Source: an uncultured candidate division Zixibacteria bacterium
Lineage (GTDB): Bacteria > Zixibacteria > MSB-5A5 > GN15 > FEB-12
Length of the DNA: 64,000 nt
Direction: 5' to 3'
Assembly: GCA_963806185.1 (NCBI GenBank)
Contig: CAWDXE010000001.1
Span: forward strand, 672,001-736,000
The notes under the pieces are model-generated. The model saw only the letters and a program-made list of their open reading frames with translations. It searched no databases and had not been told where the DNA came from. A program made the translations under genes and the position numbers. Positions 10,028 to 19,412 of the stretch are shown here, piece after piece. Position 1 is the first letter of the stretch. Every line of letters begins with the position of its first letter.

Positions 10028-10734
10028 TTGAGATCAGTCGCCTGCATAAACGTTTCGGACGATTCGTGGCGCTCCATGAGATTGACCTTTTCATCGAACG
10101 CGGAAAGGTTACCGGAATTATCGGACCCAACGGTTCGGGCAAATCTACGTTGATGAAATCATTGCTTGGACTGGTGACGCCGACGTCGGGCACCATCACC
10201 ATTAATGGCTATCTCCTGAATGGTGCGAGTGATTACCGCCGGTCGTTGGGGTACGTACCACAATTGGCTCGCTTCCCCCTGGATCTGACGGGACGGGAGG
10301 TTATTGACGTAGTCAAGGGTCTGCGGGATGAGGGCGCTCGCTTGGAGTCGGAACTCATTCGCCTATTCGGCCTGGAGTCGGAGATCTCGAAGCGGGTGCG
10401 GGCAATGTCGGGTGGTACCCGCCAGAAGCTGAGTGTGGTACTCGCCTGCATGTATGACCCTGCTCTGCTGATCTGCGATGAGCCTACGGCCGGACTCGAT
10501 CCAATTGCGAACACCCGACTGAAAGATCTGTTGCTCTCTTTGAAAGAGAAGAAACGGACCGTGCTCATCACAACCCACATCATGAGCGATTTGGAAGAGG
10601 TCGCCGACAATGTCGTGGTTCTGCTCGAAGGTCGAGTTCGCTTTGCCGGTGCGATCCGAGAATTGAAGCTGGCGACCGATGAACCACGCCTCGAGGCAGC
10701 CGTAGCCCGCCTGCTGGAAAAGGGGGCCGCGTGA
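10024..10734 (+). CDS. nosF: ABC transporter ATP-binding protein NosF
   Basis: Walker A GPNGSGKST, signature MSGG, Walker B ICDEP. Lies between nosD and nosY. Confidence 0.92.
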   Translation: MIEISRLHKRFGRFVALHEIDLFIERGKVTGIIGPNGSGKSTLMKSLLGLVTPTSGTITINGYLLNGASDYRRSLGYVPQLARFPLDLTGREVIDVVKGLRDEGARLESELIRLFGLESEISKRVRAMSGGTRQKLSVVLACMYDPALLICDEPTAGLDPIANTRLKDLLLSLKEKKRTVLITTHIMSDLEEVADNVVVLLEGRVRFAGAIRELKLATDEPRLEAAVARLLEKGAA

Positions 10735-11522
10735 AATTGACTATGCACATGGCCTGGTACGCGATCCGGGACCTCATGCGTAATCGCTGGGGTCTGCTCT
10801 ACACGGCGTTCTTTGCGGTGCTCACCGTCGGCCTGTTCCAACTGCAGGCGCAATCGGCCAAGGTTGCCGTCAGCCTCATGAGTATCTGTCTTTTTCTCAT
10901 CCCGCTGGTCGCTTCAATATTCGGTACGATCTATTTCTACAATTCGCGTGAATTTGTAGAACTGGTATTGACTCAGCCGGTTGCTCGCAGAACTGTCTTT
11001 CTCGGTATGTTTCTGGGGTTGTCGTTCGCTCTGGTAGCCGGATTTGTTCTCGGCGTTGGTATTCCCACAGTTATATTGGGCGACTGGTCGAGTGGCCAGC
11101 TTGTCTCAATGACTCTTCTGTTAACGGTTGGTTCACTCCTGACCGTCATCTTCCTGGCTATCTCATTCTTGCTGGCGATCATTTTTGATGATCGGGGCAA
11201 GGGGCTGGCCGCAGTGCTGGCGGTCTGGCTCTTCACCGCTCTCGTGTACGACGGGCTGGTGCTATTAGCCGCCATGACTTTCTCGGATTATCCGCTCGAA
11301 ACGCCACTCCTGGTGGCCTCAATGGCCAATCCGATCGACCTGGCGCGGGTTACCTTGCTCATTCAGACGGATTGGGCCGCTCTCATGGGCTACACCGGAG
11401 CCGTCTTCAATCGCTTTTTCGGGACAGCTCTCGGAGTTACGATTGCAGCAATTTCGTTGGGACTCTGGACGGCGGTGCCGTTACTCGCGGGCATTCGGAA
11501 GTTTAGACTCAAAGATCTTTAG
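10731..11522 (+). CDS. nosY: ABC transporter permease NosY
   Basis: About six TM helices; YFYNSREFVELVLTQP, NPIDLAR, ALMGYTGA. Confidence 0.9.
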   Translation: MKLTMHMAWYAIRDLMRNRWGLLYTAFFAVLTVGLFQLQAQSAKVAVSLMSICLFLIPLVASIFGTIYFYNSREFVELVLTQPVARRTVFLGMFLGLSFALVAGFVLGVGIPTVILGDWSSGQLVSMTLLLTVGSLLTVIFLAISFLLAIIFDDRGKGLAAVLAVWLFTALVYDGLVLLAAMTFSDYPLETPLLVASMANPIDLARVTLLIQTDWAALMGYTGAVFNRFFGTALGVTIAAISLGLWTAVPLLAGIRKFRLKDL

Positions 11523-11593
11523 ACGTTTCAGGCTTTGGGGTCGTTCCGGAACCTGCAACGTATTCGTCTCAAATTCGGAGGATATGGTCAGTT

Positions 11594-13096
11594 ATGCAAT
11601 TGATGCAGTCAGCGAAGAATATGATTAATCGGCTGAAGACGGCACATTCACAGAGCGTCGCATCACTCTACTTACTCACCTTCGGCCTTTTCACACTCGT
11701 CGGTGCCTGTGCGGCTCTGGCGATGCAGCTCGAGCTCTGGAGTGCTTCCTCAACATTGTTCAGTGGCCAGCTATTTGCGCGCCTGCTCACCCAGCACGGT
11801 ATGGTGATGACCTTCGTCGTACTCATACCCCTGATCCCGGCAGTGCTCGGCAACTTCATCTTGCCGTCAGCTGTGGGCTCGCGCGACATGGCCATGAGGA
11901 GATCAAACATAGCCGGTTGGTTTATGCATCTGGTCGGCGCCATTGCGATAGTTGTGGCAGTGGAGTTGGGTGCTTATGACACCGGCTGGACCATGAACAC
12001 GCCGCCCGGTTCGTCAAAGAGCTTCCAGTTGCTCATCGTCGGTCTTGGCCTGATTGCCGTGTCCACCCTTTTGCTCAACCTCGCGATTGCCAGAATCGTT
12101 CTGTCGCGCAAGTATCGCACCATACCTCTCGGTAAGCTTCCGGTACTGGCATGGTTCTTCCTGATCGGCTCTTTGGTTGTACTCATTGTCAGCCCGGTGC
12201 GGATCTTCACGCTGGCACTGTTGTCTCTTCACCAATTTGGCCACACGCCGGTCTTTTCGCTGCTGGACGCCGGCGGCATCATTCGGTATGAACACCTGTT
12301 CTGGGCTTATGCGGGACCGGCGACTTATGCCGCTGTCCTTCCGGCACTGGGCGTCACTTTTGAGGTTCTGGCCGCTTGTGCCGGCACTCCTTTGTTTGCC
12401 CGTCGCGTCGTCATCGTGGCTGCTGTCATATTGGGTCAGCTCGGCCTGGTTTCGTGGGGTCAGCACCTGCTTGTAACAACTGATTCGGAGCTGTTGGCAT
12501 TGACCGGCAGCCTGTTCGGTTTGCTTACTGCCGTTCCGACCTCACTGATACTCCTGAGCTGGTTGATGATGTTGTCTCGGGCAAGAAGTTGGCAGTCGGT
12601 TCCGCTGCTGATCACCTGGCTCCAGACTAGTCTCATAGCACTCGGCGGGCTCGCAGGGATCGTGCTTGCTATTCCTTCGACAGGTCTGACATTTCACAAT
12701 AGTTATTTGACAACCGGCCATCTCCACCTGGTCGCCCTTGGCCTTGTCCTTCTATCATTCCTGGCCGGTCTCATCCACTGGTGGCCTTCCTTCATGCAAA
12801 GGCGCATCGCGCCCGCGGCCGGACGGGCCGTCGCTATCACCATCGTGGTTGGGATCATGACGACTTATCTCCCCATGCTCATCAATGGTGTCGGGGGATC
12901 GCCGAAAGCGCTCAATGTCTATCCCGTTCAATATGAACCGATGCACATGGTATCGACCGCCGGTACGGTCATCCTTCTGGCGGGTCTGCTTGGCGCCGTA
13001 TGGCTTTTTGCTCGAGGCATTCTTGGTGGAAGATTGTCGACTCAGTCAGTAAGGACAGTCTCAAGTGGTGAAGTTGTCTTCCTCGATATACAGTAA
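11594..13096 (+). CDS. Heme-copper oxidase subunit I-like membrane protein with a degenerate binuclear centre
   Basis: About 12 TM helices; HGMVMTF..P...GNFILP...RDMA, GWT..PP, YEHLFW, HNSY..GHLH. GHPEVY appears as AGPATY and WAHH as WGQH. Confidence 0.85.
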   Translation: MQLMQSAKNMINRLKTAHSQSVASLYLLTFGLFTLVGACAALAMQLELWSASSTLFSGQLFARLLTQHGMVMTFVVLIPLIPAVLGNFILPSAVGSRDMAMRRSNIAGWFMHLVGAIAIVVAVELGAYDTGWTMNTPPGSSKSFQLLIVGLGLIAVSTLLLNLAIARIVLSRKYRTIPLGKLPVLAWFFLIGSLVVLIVSPVRIFTLALLSLHQFGHTPVFSLLDAGGIIRYEHLFWAYAGPATYAAVLPALGVTFEVLAACAGTPLFARRVVIVAAVILGQLGLVSWGQHLLVTTDSELLALTGSLFGLLTAVPTSLILLSWLMMLSRARSWQSVPLLITWLQTSLIALGGLAGIVLAIPSTGLTFHNSYLTTGHLHLVALGLVLLSFLAGLIHWWPSFMQRRIAPAAGRAVAITIVVGIMTTYLPMLINGVGGSPKALNVYPVQYEPMHMVSTAGTVILLAGLLGAVWLFARGILGGRLSTQSVRTVSSGEVVFLDIQ

Positions 13097-13119
13097 CCAA
13101 TAAAACAGGAGGAGTAGCG

Positions 13120-13740
13120 ATGAAGAAAGCATCCGGGCCCCGCACATCTCTCATCCAGGTTCTGGTAGAAGAACACCGACACATCAAGCTAGGCTTGTCC
13201 ATTCTCAACGCCATGCACAAACGCATAACAAGACGCCTTGCCGTCCCCCCGGCAGACCTCGCGACATTGGTCCGCTTCATAAGTGAGTACGCCGACAAGA
13301 TTCATCACCACGGCGAAGAGGAACTGCTGTTCCCGGCGCTGGAGCGGACGTCCAATCGGCAATTGAAGCAGATGGCGGGAAAACTGGGGACTCAACATCT
13401 CATGGGTCGATTATTTGTGAGTGAGATGAAGGATGCCCTCAGGGAGGCTCGGACCAATCGAAGAGGTTGGCGGAACTGCTTTCTGGAGAACGCCAGGGCG
13501 TATCACACACTGCTGACTATTCATATCTGCGATGAAAACAATATGTTCTTTCCGTTGGCCGAGAAAGCACTCAGTCGTGCGAAGGCGACTGTAGGGTCTA
13601 CTCCCGAGGCATTGGCTCCAAGTAAGAAGAGATGGGAAGCGCGTGTGGAGCGGCTGTACCAAAAGTACTGTCCAGGGGTCTCATCTCCCTGTGGCGGCGG
13701 GTCGTCGACGGCCAGCTGTGATTGCGAGAATCGAACCTAA
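13120..13740 (+). CDS. Hemerythrin (HHE cation-binding) domain protein with a Cys-rich tail
   Basis: EEHRHI, HHHGEEELLFP, QH..GR, HICDENNMFFP. Strong RBS AGGAGGAG. Confidence 0.88.
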   Translation: MKKASGPRTSLIQVLVEEHRHIKLGLSILNAMHKRITRRLAVPPADLATLVRFISEYADKIHHHGEEELLFPALERTSNRQLKQMAGKLGTQHLMGRLFVSEMKDALREARTNRRGWRNCFLENARAYHTLLTIHICDENNMFFPLAEKALSRAKATVGSTPEALAPSKKRWEARVERLYQKYCPGVSSPCGGGSSTASCDCENRT

Positions 13741-13870
13741 ATCAGGTAGGCGATTGCCTGCGTCAAAAGTTGTCGTTCAGCCACAGCGACATTCCATCGG
13801 CCCACTGGGGCAATCCCAGTTGGGTATAGATACGTCCGCCCGCATCCCCACCTGATTATTTCGCGGGATT

Positions 13871-13909
13871 CTAAGCCTTTCCCAACACTTCGCTAACACA
13901 CGCTCGACA
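13871..13909 (+). promoter_or_regulatory. Pho-box-like direct repeats with an 11-bp period
   Basis: CTAAGC (13871), CCAACA (13882), CTAACA (13893), TCGACA (13904), upstream of the TonB-dependent receptor. Confidence 0.5.
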
Positions 13910-13992
13910 ATTTCCCTGCATCCAATGGTCCGGCCGCCATGGCTATTTTCCGATCGGCCGCGCCGCAACATCAGGATTTGTGAGGGAATCGT

Positions 13993-16926
13993 ATGGAAGG
14001 TGTTAAGGGAAGACCGTCTGCTCACGTCGGCCGGCAATTGCTGCTATTCATCACGCTTGTCGCTCTGGTCGCAACGTCAGTCATCGCCAATAGCGCGATT
14101 GACCCCGTAGGCGCAGGCAGTATCAGCGGAACGGTGGTTGATGCACAGTCGGGCGAGCCTCTTGTTGGCGTCAGTGTGGCGGTGAACGGCACGAAGCTGG
14201 GCGCCATGACTGATCCGGACGGGCGATTCATGGTCCGCAGCGTTCCCGCGGGCCAATACGCTCTTACGGTTTCGTCAATCGGATATGCCAGGCTCTCGAT
14301 CACTGAGCTCACCCTAACGGACCGTCAGTTAATACAATTGTCCCTGAAACTCACTCCTGAATCTGTTCGACTACACAATGAAATCACGGTCACGGCAAGA
14401 GCCCTGCGCAATACCGAGGCTTCATTGCTCAAGCAACGCCGGCAATCGCAGACGGTCACTGACGCTATCAGCAGCGACGAAATGTCCCGGTCTGCCAGCG
14501 GCAATGCAGCGTTGGCGATGACCAAAGTGGTTGGCGCATCCCTGGTGGCCGGCAAATATGTGTATGTCCGCGGACTGGGCGATCGTTACGGCAATACGCA
14601 ACTCAACGGCAGCCAGCTCCCCAGCCCAGATCCGGAGAAGCAGGCGGCGCCGCTGGACCTCATTCCTTCCGGTCTGCTCGACAACATCGTCGTAACCAAG
14701 AGTTTCAGCCCGGATATGTCAGGGAATTTCACCGGCGGTAGCGTGAACCTGACGACTAAAGACTTTCCCGAGTCTCGGACCATGTCGTTCAGCGCCGGCA
14801 GTTCCTATAATACGCTCTCTACTTTCGAAAATGGGTTGAGTTACTCAGGCGGCAAGCGCGACTGGCTCGGCTTTGATGATGGCTCGCGCGACGTGCCGAG
14901 CGTTCTGCAGGATCCGGACAACATCGCCAGGATGCCGAATGGCCGCGTGATCTTCAAGGATAGCGCCCAAGCTCACCTGGTCGACCAGGCATCTCGCGCT
15001 TTCAGCAAGCAACTCACTCCGACCAAGACGCAAGCGCCTCTCAACCAGAGCTACAGCTTCGCTTTTGGAAATACCTATCAGATGTTCGGTCGTCCGCTCG
15101 GGCTGACCAGCAGTCTTTCCTATACGCGTAACCACACCTATTATGAAGGCGGTCAGCGCAACTTCTACGAGGCCGCGGAAATACAGCCCGGCCAGGTGAT
15201 CCTTGAGCCGCAGGACATCTTTACCGACTCCCGCAGTACTGACGACGTACTGTGGGGAACGCTGGGTGGTATCACCTTCAGTCTGGCCCCCAATCACAAG
15301 ATTGGCGTAAACATCGTTTACGATCGCAGCGGTTCCTCAGAGGCGCGGTATCTTCAGGGATACTCGCTCGAACGGGCCGACAGCAACACGATCTATCGGT
15401 CCCGCGTACTCGGCTACACCGAACGCACCCTGTCCACAGTGCAGCTTCGGGGCGAGCACATTTTCAAGCATGTTCGTCCATCTTGGCAGATCAGCCGCTC
15501 CAATATTCGCGAGGAGCAGCCGGACCTTCGCCAGTCACCGGACGAGTATTATATCGATCGCGAAAGTGACCCGATCGATACCTTTTATCAGTTCGGCTCC
15601 AACTACGCCCCGCCGGCCCGATTCTGGCGCAATACCCACGAAACCAATGATGAGTACAAGCTCGACGTGGCCGTGCCGGTAAGCCATCGCTTGAATTTCA
15701 AACTGGGGTCCAATTACCTTGAGAAGTCCCGCACCAACCGCCAGACACAGTTTAACCTGATCGAAAGCTCACTGCGGTACAACGATTACGGCGACTTTGA
15801 CGAATATCTTCAGCACGCCGGACTCATCGACAGCGTCTCGCTGGACAACCCACGCACGCCGGAAATAGAACCCGGTTATCGATACACCTTTGCATCGTAC
15901 TGGACAAACTCGACATTCCTTCGCGATCAGTACGACGCGTATCAAAAGATCAACGCCAATTACATCATGGCCAACTTCGAGGTTGCGGGACCATTCACGC
16001 TCAGTGGCGGCATTCGGTACGAAAATACGCTCATGAAATCACAGAACCAGGATCCGGCTTCAAGGACCGGATTCATTCACCAGACAGACTGGCTACCGGC
16101 AGTGACACTCAAGTACCAGATCTCCGAAGCCATGAATGCCCGTTTGGCCTACGGCCGCACCTTGGCCCGACCCAGCCTGCGCGAAATGTCGGCCTTTTCA
16201 ACGGAGGAGTTCGCCGGCGCTCGCTTCTTCTCGGGCAATCCGGATCTCAAAATCACCAGGGTCAGGAATTACGACCTGCGCTGGGAATGGTATCAACGGC
16301 CTGGAGAGATATTGGCGGTCAGTGGCTTCTACAAGTCATTCACCAATCCAGTCGAGATTCGGTATTTCGGCACCAACGGTGAGCGGCAACCGGCCAACGT
16401 CGACCGAGCCAAAAGCGTGGGTGCGGAATTTGAATTTCGCAAACGTCTCGATCAGTTGTCCGGAGGGCTTCGACACTTCGAATTGGGCGGAAACCTGACG
16501 CTGGTCCATAGCGAGGTTTCGATTCCCGACGGCGAACTCGCGCTCATGCGCATGCTCGACCCGACCGCCGAAGCCACTCGACCAATGGCCTATCAGTCGC
16601 CCTATGTAGTCAACGTCAGCCTCAGCTACTCACACGACCGCCTCGGCCTGAGCACGGCCGTCTACTGCAATATCGTAGGTCGTCGTTTTTACTACAACTC
16701 GTCGAACCAAACTCCCGATGTCTACGAACTCGGCCGCACGTCGTTGGATATCACGGCCTCTCAGCGTCTGATGGGCGGCATTTCTCTGAAAGTTGCCGCC
16801 AGGAATCTGACCAATGACGATTTCCGTGCCGTCTACCTGCAAACAGGCAGCAATGCCCAGTCCGTATTCGAGCAGCGTGATCTCGGCCGTACTTATTCAT
16901 TCGGCCTGAGCGCCCAAGTCTTCTGA
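13993..16926 (+). CDS. TonB-dependent receptor with an N-terminal carboxypeptidase-regulatory-like domain
   Basis: Signal peptide; ISGTVVDAQSGEPLVGVSV; plug YVYVRGLGDRY...VTKSFSPD; GNPDL..TRVRNYDLRWEWY; NLTN; C-terminal Phe. Confidence 0.93.
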   Translation: MEGVKGRPSAHVGRQLLLFITLVALVATSVIANSAIDPVGAGSISGTVVDAQSGEPLVGVSVAVNGTKLGAMTDPDGRFMVRSVPAGQYALTVSSIGYARLSITELTLTDRQLIQLSLKLTPESVRLHNEITVTARALRNTEASLLKQRRQSQTVTDAISSDEMSRSASGNAALAMTKVVGASLVAGKYVYVRGLGDRYGNTQLNGSQLPSPDPEKQAAPLDLIPSGLLDNIVVTKSFSPDMSGNFTGGSVNLTTKDFPESRTMSFSAGSSYNTLSTFENGLSYSGGKRDWLGFDDGSRDVPSVLQDPDNIARMPNGRVIFKDSAQAHLVDQASRAFSKQLTPTKTQAPLNQSYSFAFGNTYQMFGRPLGLTSSLSYTRNHTYYEGGQRNFYEAAEIQPGQVILEPQDIFTDSRSTDDVLWGTLGGITFSLAPNHKIGVNIVYDRSGSSEARYLQGYSLERADSNTIYRSRVLGYTERTLSTVQLRGEHIFKHVRPSWQISRSNIREEQPDLRQSPDEYYIDRESDPIDTFYQFGSNYAPPARFWRNTHETNDEYKLDVAVPVSHRLNFKLGSNYLEKSRTNRQTQFNLIESSLRYNDYGDFDEYLQHAGLIDSVSLDNPRTPEIEPGYRYTFASYWTNSTFLRDQYDAYQKINANYIMANFEVAGPFTLSGGIRYENTLMKSQNQDPASRTGFIHQTDWLPAVTLKYQISEAMNARLAYGRTLARPSLREMSAFSTEEFAGARFFSGNPDLKITRVRNYDLRWEWYQRPGEILAVSGFYKSFTNPVEIRYFGTNGERQPANVDRAKSVGAEFEFRKRLDQLSGGLRHFELGGNLTLVHSEVSIPDGELALMRMLDPTAEATRPMAYQSPYVVNVSLSYSHDRLGLSTAVYCNIVGRRFYYNSSNQTPDVYELGRTSLDITASQRLMGGISLKVAARNLTNDDFRAVYLQTGSNAQSVFEQRDLGRTYSFGLSAQVF

Positions 16927-17211
16927 TTAATGGAAAACGAACAGAACATGCATACAACTCTACCTTCTCGCGGCCAACTTGTCACGCGTAAACCAGCCCT
17001 CAGCGGAATGCGGGGGAACTGGGCGCGTGCAACACGAAATACGGCTGCGCACTCGAGAGCCAAGCGACAGTCGCAACCCGCGCGGTTTTCATCGATGGAC
17101 AGGCCCACGGGCCGGAAATAGGAGGTAGATGATTTCGCACTTGCAGAATAATTCGACTGGACGAATTGGCTTATTGGGTCACACAATTCACAGTAGCGGA
17201 GGATACATTTC

Positions 17212-18963
17212 ATGTTGCGTAAAGCTCTCTTGACGTTCACGCTCCTGCTCGCACCGGCGTTCGCCTTTGGACAGGTGTCCGAGGCCGGCAAACCGGTCAA
17301 GCAGGTATTCGACGCCGACATAGTCGGCGCAATGACTTTTCACGCGGACACCGTTTATGTCCTGAATGGATTTGTCTTTGTCGACTCCGGCGAAGTGCTC
17401 ACCGTTCAATCCGGCACCATCATCAAGGGTCAGCCGGGCACGGGCGCCAACGCCACCGCGCTGATTGTCTCGCGTTTCGGCAAGCTCATGGCTGCCGGTA
17501 CACAGTCTGCGCCTATTATCTTCACGGCTCTCTCTGATGACGTGGATAATCCGACTGATCTGCCCGACGATGCCTCATCGAAGGGTCTCTGGGGTGGCGT
17601 CGTTCTCCTGGGCCTGTCGCACATAAGTGTGGCCGGCGACTCAAATTTTGTGGAGGGTATTCCTGTCGCGACCTACGGCGCTCGCATAGCCTACGGTCCG
17701 GGGAGTAGTTACACTGGCAATGATGACGATAATTCCGGCGTCTTGCAGTACGTGTCCATCCGCTATCCCGGTTCCGTATTGGCGCCCAATAACGAGATCA
17801 ACGGTCTGACGTTTGGGGCAGTGGGTCGCGGAACCACCATCGACCACATTGAGGTGTTTTATTCGGCGGATGATTCCTACGAGTGGTTTGGCGGTACCGT
17901 CAATTGCCGCTATCTCGTATCTGCTTTTGACGACGATGACGCGTTTGACACGGATGAAGGGTATCGCGGCGTGCGCCAATTCGTGTTCGAGATAAAAGAC
18001 CCGCGCTGGGGTGACCGGCTGACCGAAAACGACGGCGGTAACGCCAATTGTTTCTCGTGCACGCCGTATGCGCGGGCGGTTTTGGCCAATGCCACCATGA
18101 TAGGACAGGGAGCCTCCGGTTCAAGCGGTGGCACACGCGACCGCATGACTTGGCGTGACTACGCCGGCGCGTACATTTATAACAACATATTTACCGAGGT
18201 TCCGAAAGATTTCTTGGAGATCGAAGTAAAGGGTGGCGATGCAGGCATCGATGGAATCACATCCTCGACTCGCTGGTTGCCGAGCGGCCAGGGTTCGCTG
18301 GTCGATTTTGCGGGAACACCGCAATTCGATTTCGTGAAGAACTTCTTCTTCAAGGCAGGCAACGCCGGCCCGACCCGCCAGCGGATTTACGCAACCGGGG
18401 ATTCAACCACGGCTCCGTTGTCAACTTCCCGCGTCCGAAGCGACATCTTCACCGCCGGTGACACGACCATCACCGGTAAGAATCAGGTGCTGGATCCAGA
18501 AATCCAGTTTATCGATTGGACCCGCAGTCAATTGCTCGATCCCCGTGTCAAGACGACCGGTCCGGCCGCAACCGGAGCCGCTGCGGTTCCGGCATACGCT
18601 GACCCCAGCGGGTTCATTCAACCAGTTACCTATCGCGGTGCCTTTGATCCGAGCCAATCGCTCACTTCCAGCTGGATTTGGGGCTGGAGTTTCCTCTCCT
18701 TCGGCGGTTTCCTGAATCCGACGGGTGGCGGTTGCTGCATCGCCAACGTGGGGAATGTCGATAACGACCCTGGGGATCAAGTCGATATCGGCGACTTGAC
18801 AGCCCTGATCAACAACCTGTTCATCACCTTCGAGCCAATAGCTTGCGTAGCCGAAGCCAATTGCGATGGCGACCCAGGCAACAACATCGACATCGGTGAT
18901 CTTACCGCCCTGATCAACAACCTGTTCATTACCTTTGATCCGCTTCCTGCTTGCCAGAACTAG
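17212..18963 (+). CDS. Secreted beta-helix-like protein with a C-terminal dockerin-like domain
   Basis: Signal peptide; WGGVVLLG, SGVLQYVSIRYPG, NEINGLTFGAVG, DDSYEWFGGTV. Tail has two D-x-D-x(5)-DIGDLTALINNLF repeats. Confidence 0.8.
   Translation: MLRKALLTFTLLLAPAFAFGQVSEAGKPVKQVFDADIVGAMTFHADTVYVLNGFVFVDSGEVLTVQSGTIIKGQPGTGANATALIVSRFGKLMAAGTQSAPIIFTALSDDVDNPTDLPDDASSKGLWGGVVLLGLSHISVAGDSNFVEGIPVATYGARIAYGPGSSYTGNDDDNSGVLQYVSIRYPGSVLAPNNEINGLTFGAVGRGTTIDHIEVFYSADDSYEWFGGTVNCRYLVSAFDDDDAFDTDEGYRGVRQFVFEIKDPRWGDRLTENDGGNANCFSCTPYARAVLANATMIGQGASGSSGGTRDRMTWRDYAGAYIYNNIFTEVPKDFLEIEVKGGDAGIDGITSSTRWLPSGQGSLVDFAGTPQFDFVKNFFFKAGNAGPTRQRIYATGDSTTAPLSTSRVRSDIFTAGDTTITGKNQVLDPEIQFIDWTRSQLLDPRVKTTGPAATGAAAVPAYADPSGFIQPVTYRGAFDPSQSLTSSWIWGWSFLSFGGFLNPTGGGCCIANVGNVDNDPGDQVDIGDLTALINNLFITFEPIACVAEANCDGDPGNNIDIGDLTALINNLFITFDPLPACQN
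18733..18960 (+). repeat. Dockerin-like duplicated Ca-binding repeat
   Basis: GNVDNDPGDQVDIGDLTALINNLFITF / ANCDGDPGNNIDIGDLTALINNLFITF. DNA repeat GCCCTGATCAACAACCTGTTCAT at 18802 and 18907. Confidence 0.85.
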
Positions 18964-19023
18964 GGAGTGATGGGCAAAAGAATAATCTGACGTAACAAGT
19001 TCCCTCTTCCATCCTGTTCACGC

Positions 19024-19055
19024 CGGCCACCTTCGCAGTCATGCGGGGGTGGCCG
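19024..19055 (+). terminator. GC-rich hairpin after the dockerin-protein gene (possible terminator)
   Basis: CGGCCACCTTCGCA-GTCA-TGCGGGGGTGGCCG; the U-tract is weak. Confidence 0.45.
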
Positions 19056-19412
19056 TAATTGTGCCCCGTGACTTCTGACCAGGCAGAAGACGTCTCATAA
19101 ACGCAGTTATTAACTACAACCTCTATCCCGTTTAGTCTGCTTCGCACTCTGTTGTCACTTCCTGGCCAATGCCTGACATTCAACGCACCATCGGGCGAGC
19201 CTTCCTCACGCCTACGCCCTGTTTTTGCTTGCATACAAAGGACACTGATTCGTCTGTACATAGAGTTGTGTGCGGTGGGTTATACCCGGGGCATGGAATG
19301 CGCCTCCAACCGGAGCAGCGAGCGGTAGCTGAGCTACGGAATTGACCGTCAGGTAGGTCCTTCATAACTCGCACCACTCGTGAATGACAGTTCAACCAAG
19401 GAGCCCCATTAC

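Noticed and set aside
11594..13096. Annotating this as a functional cytochrome c oxidase (ctaD/coxA) or nitric-oxide reductase (norB)
   Set aside because: Two of the three CuB/FeB histidines and key proton-channel residues are missing, and no partner subunits are adjacent.
16930..17121. 63-aa ORF between the TonB receptor and its partner
   Set aside because: No clear RBS or recognisable features, so it cannot be supported.
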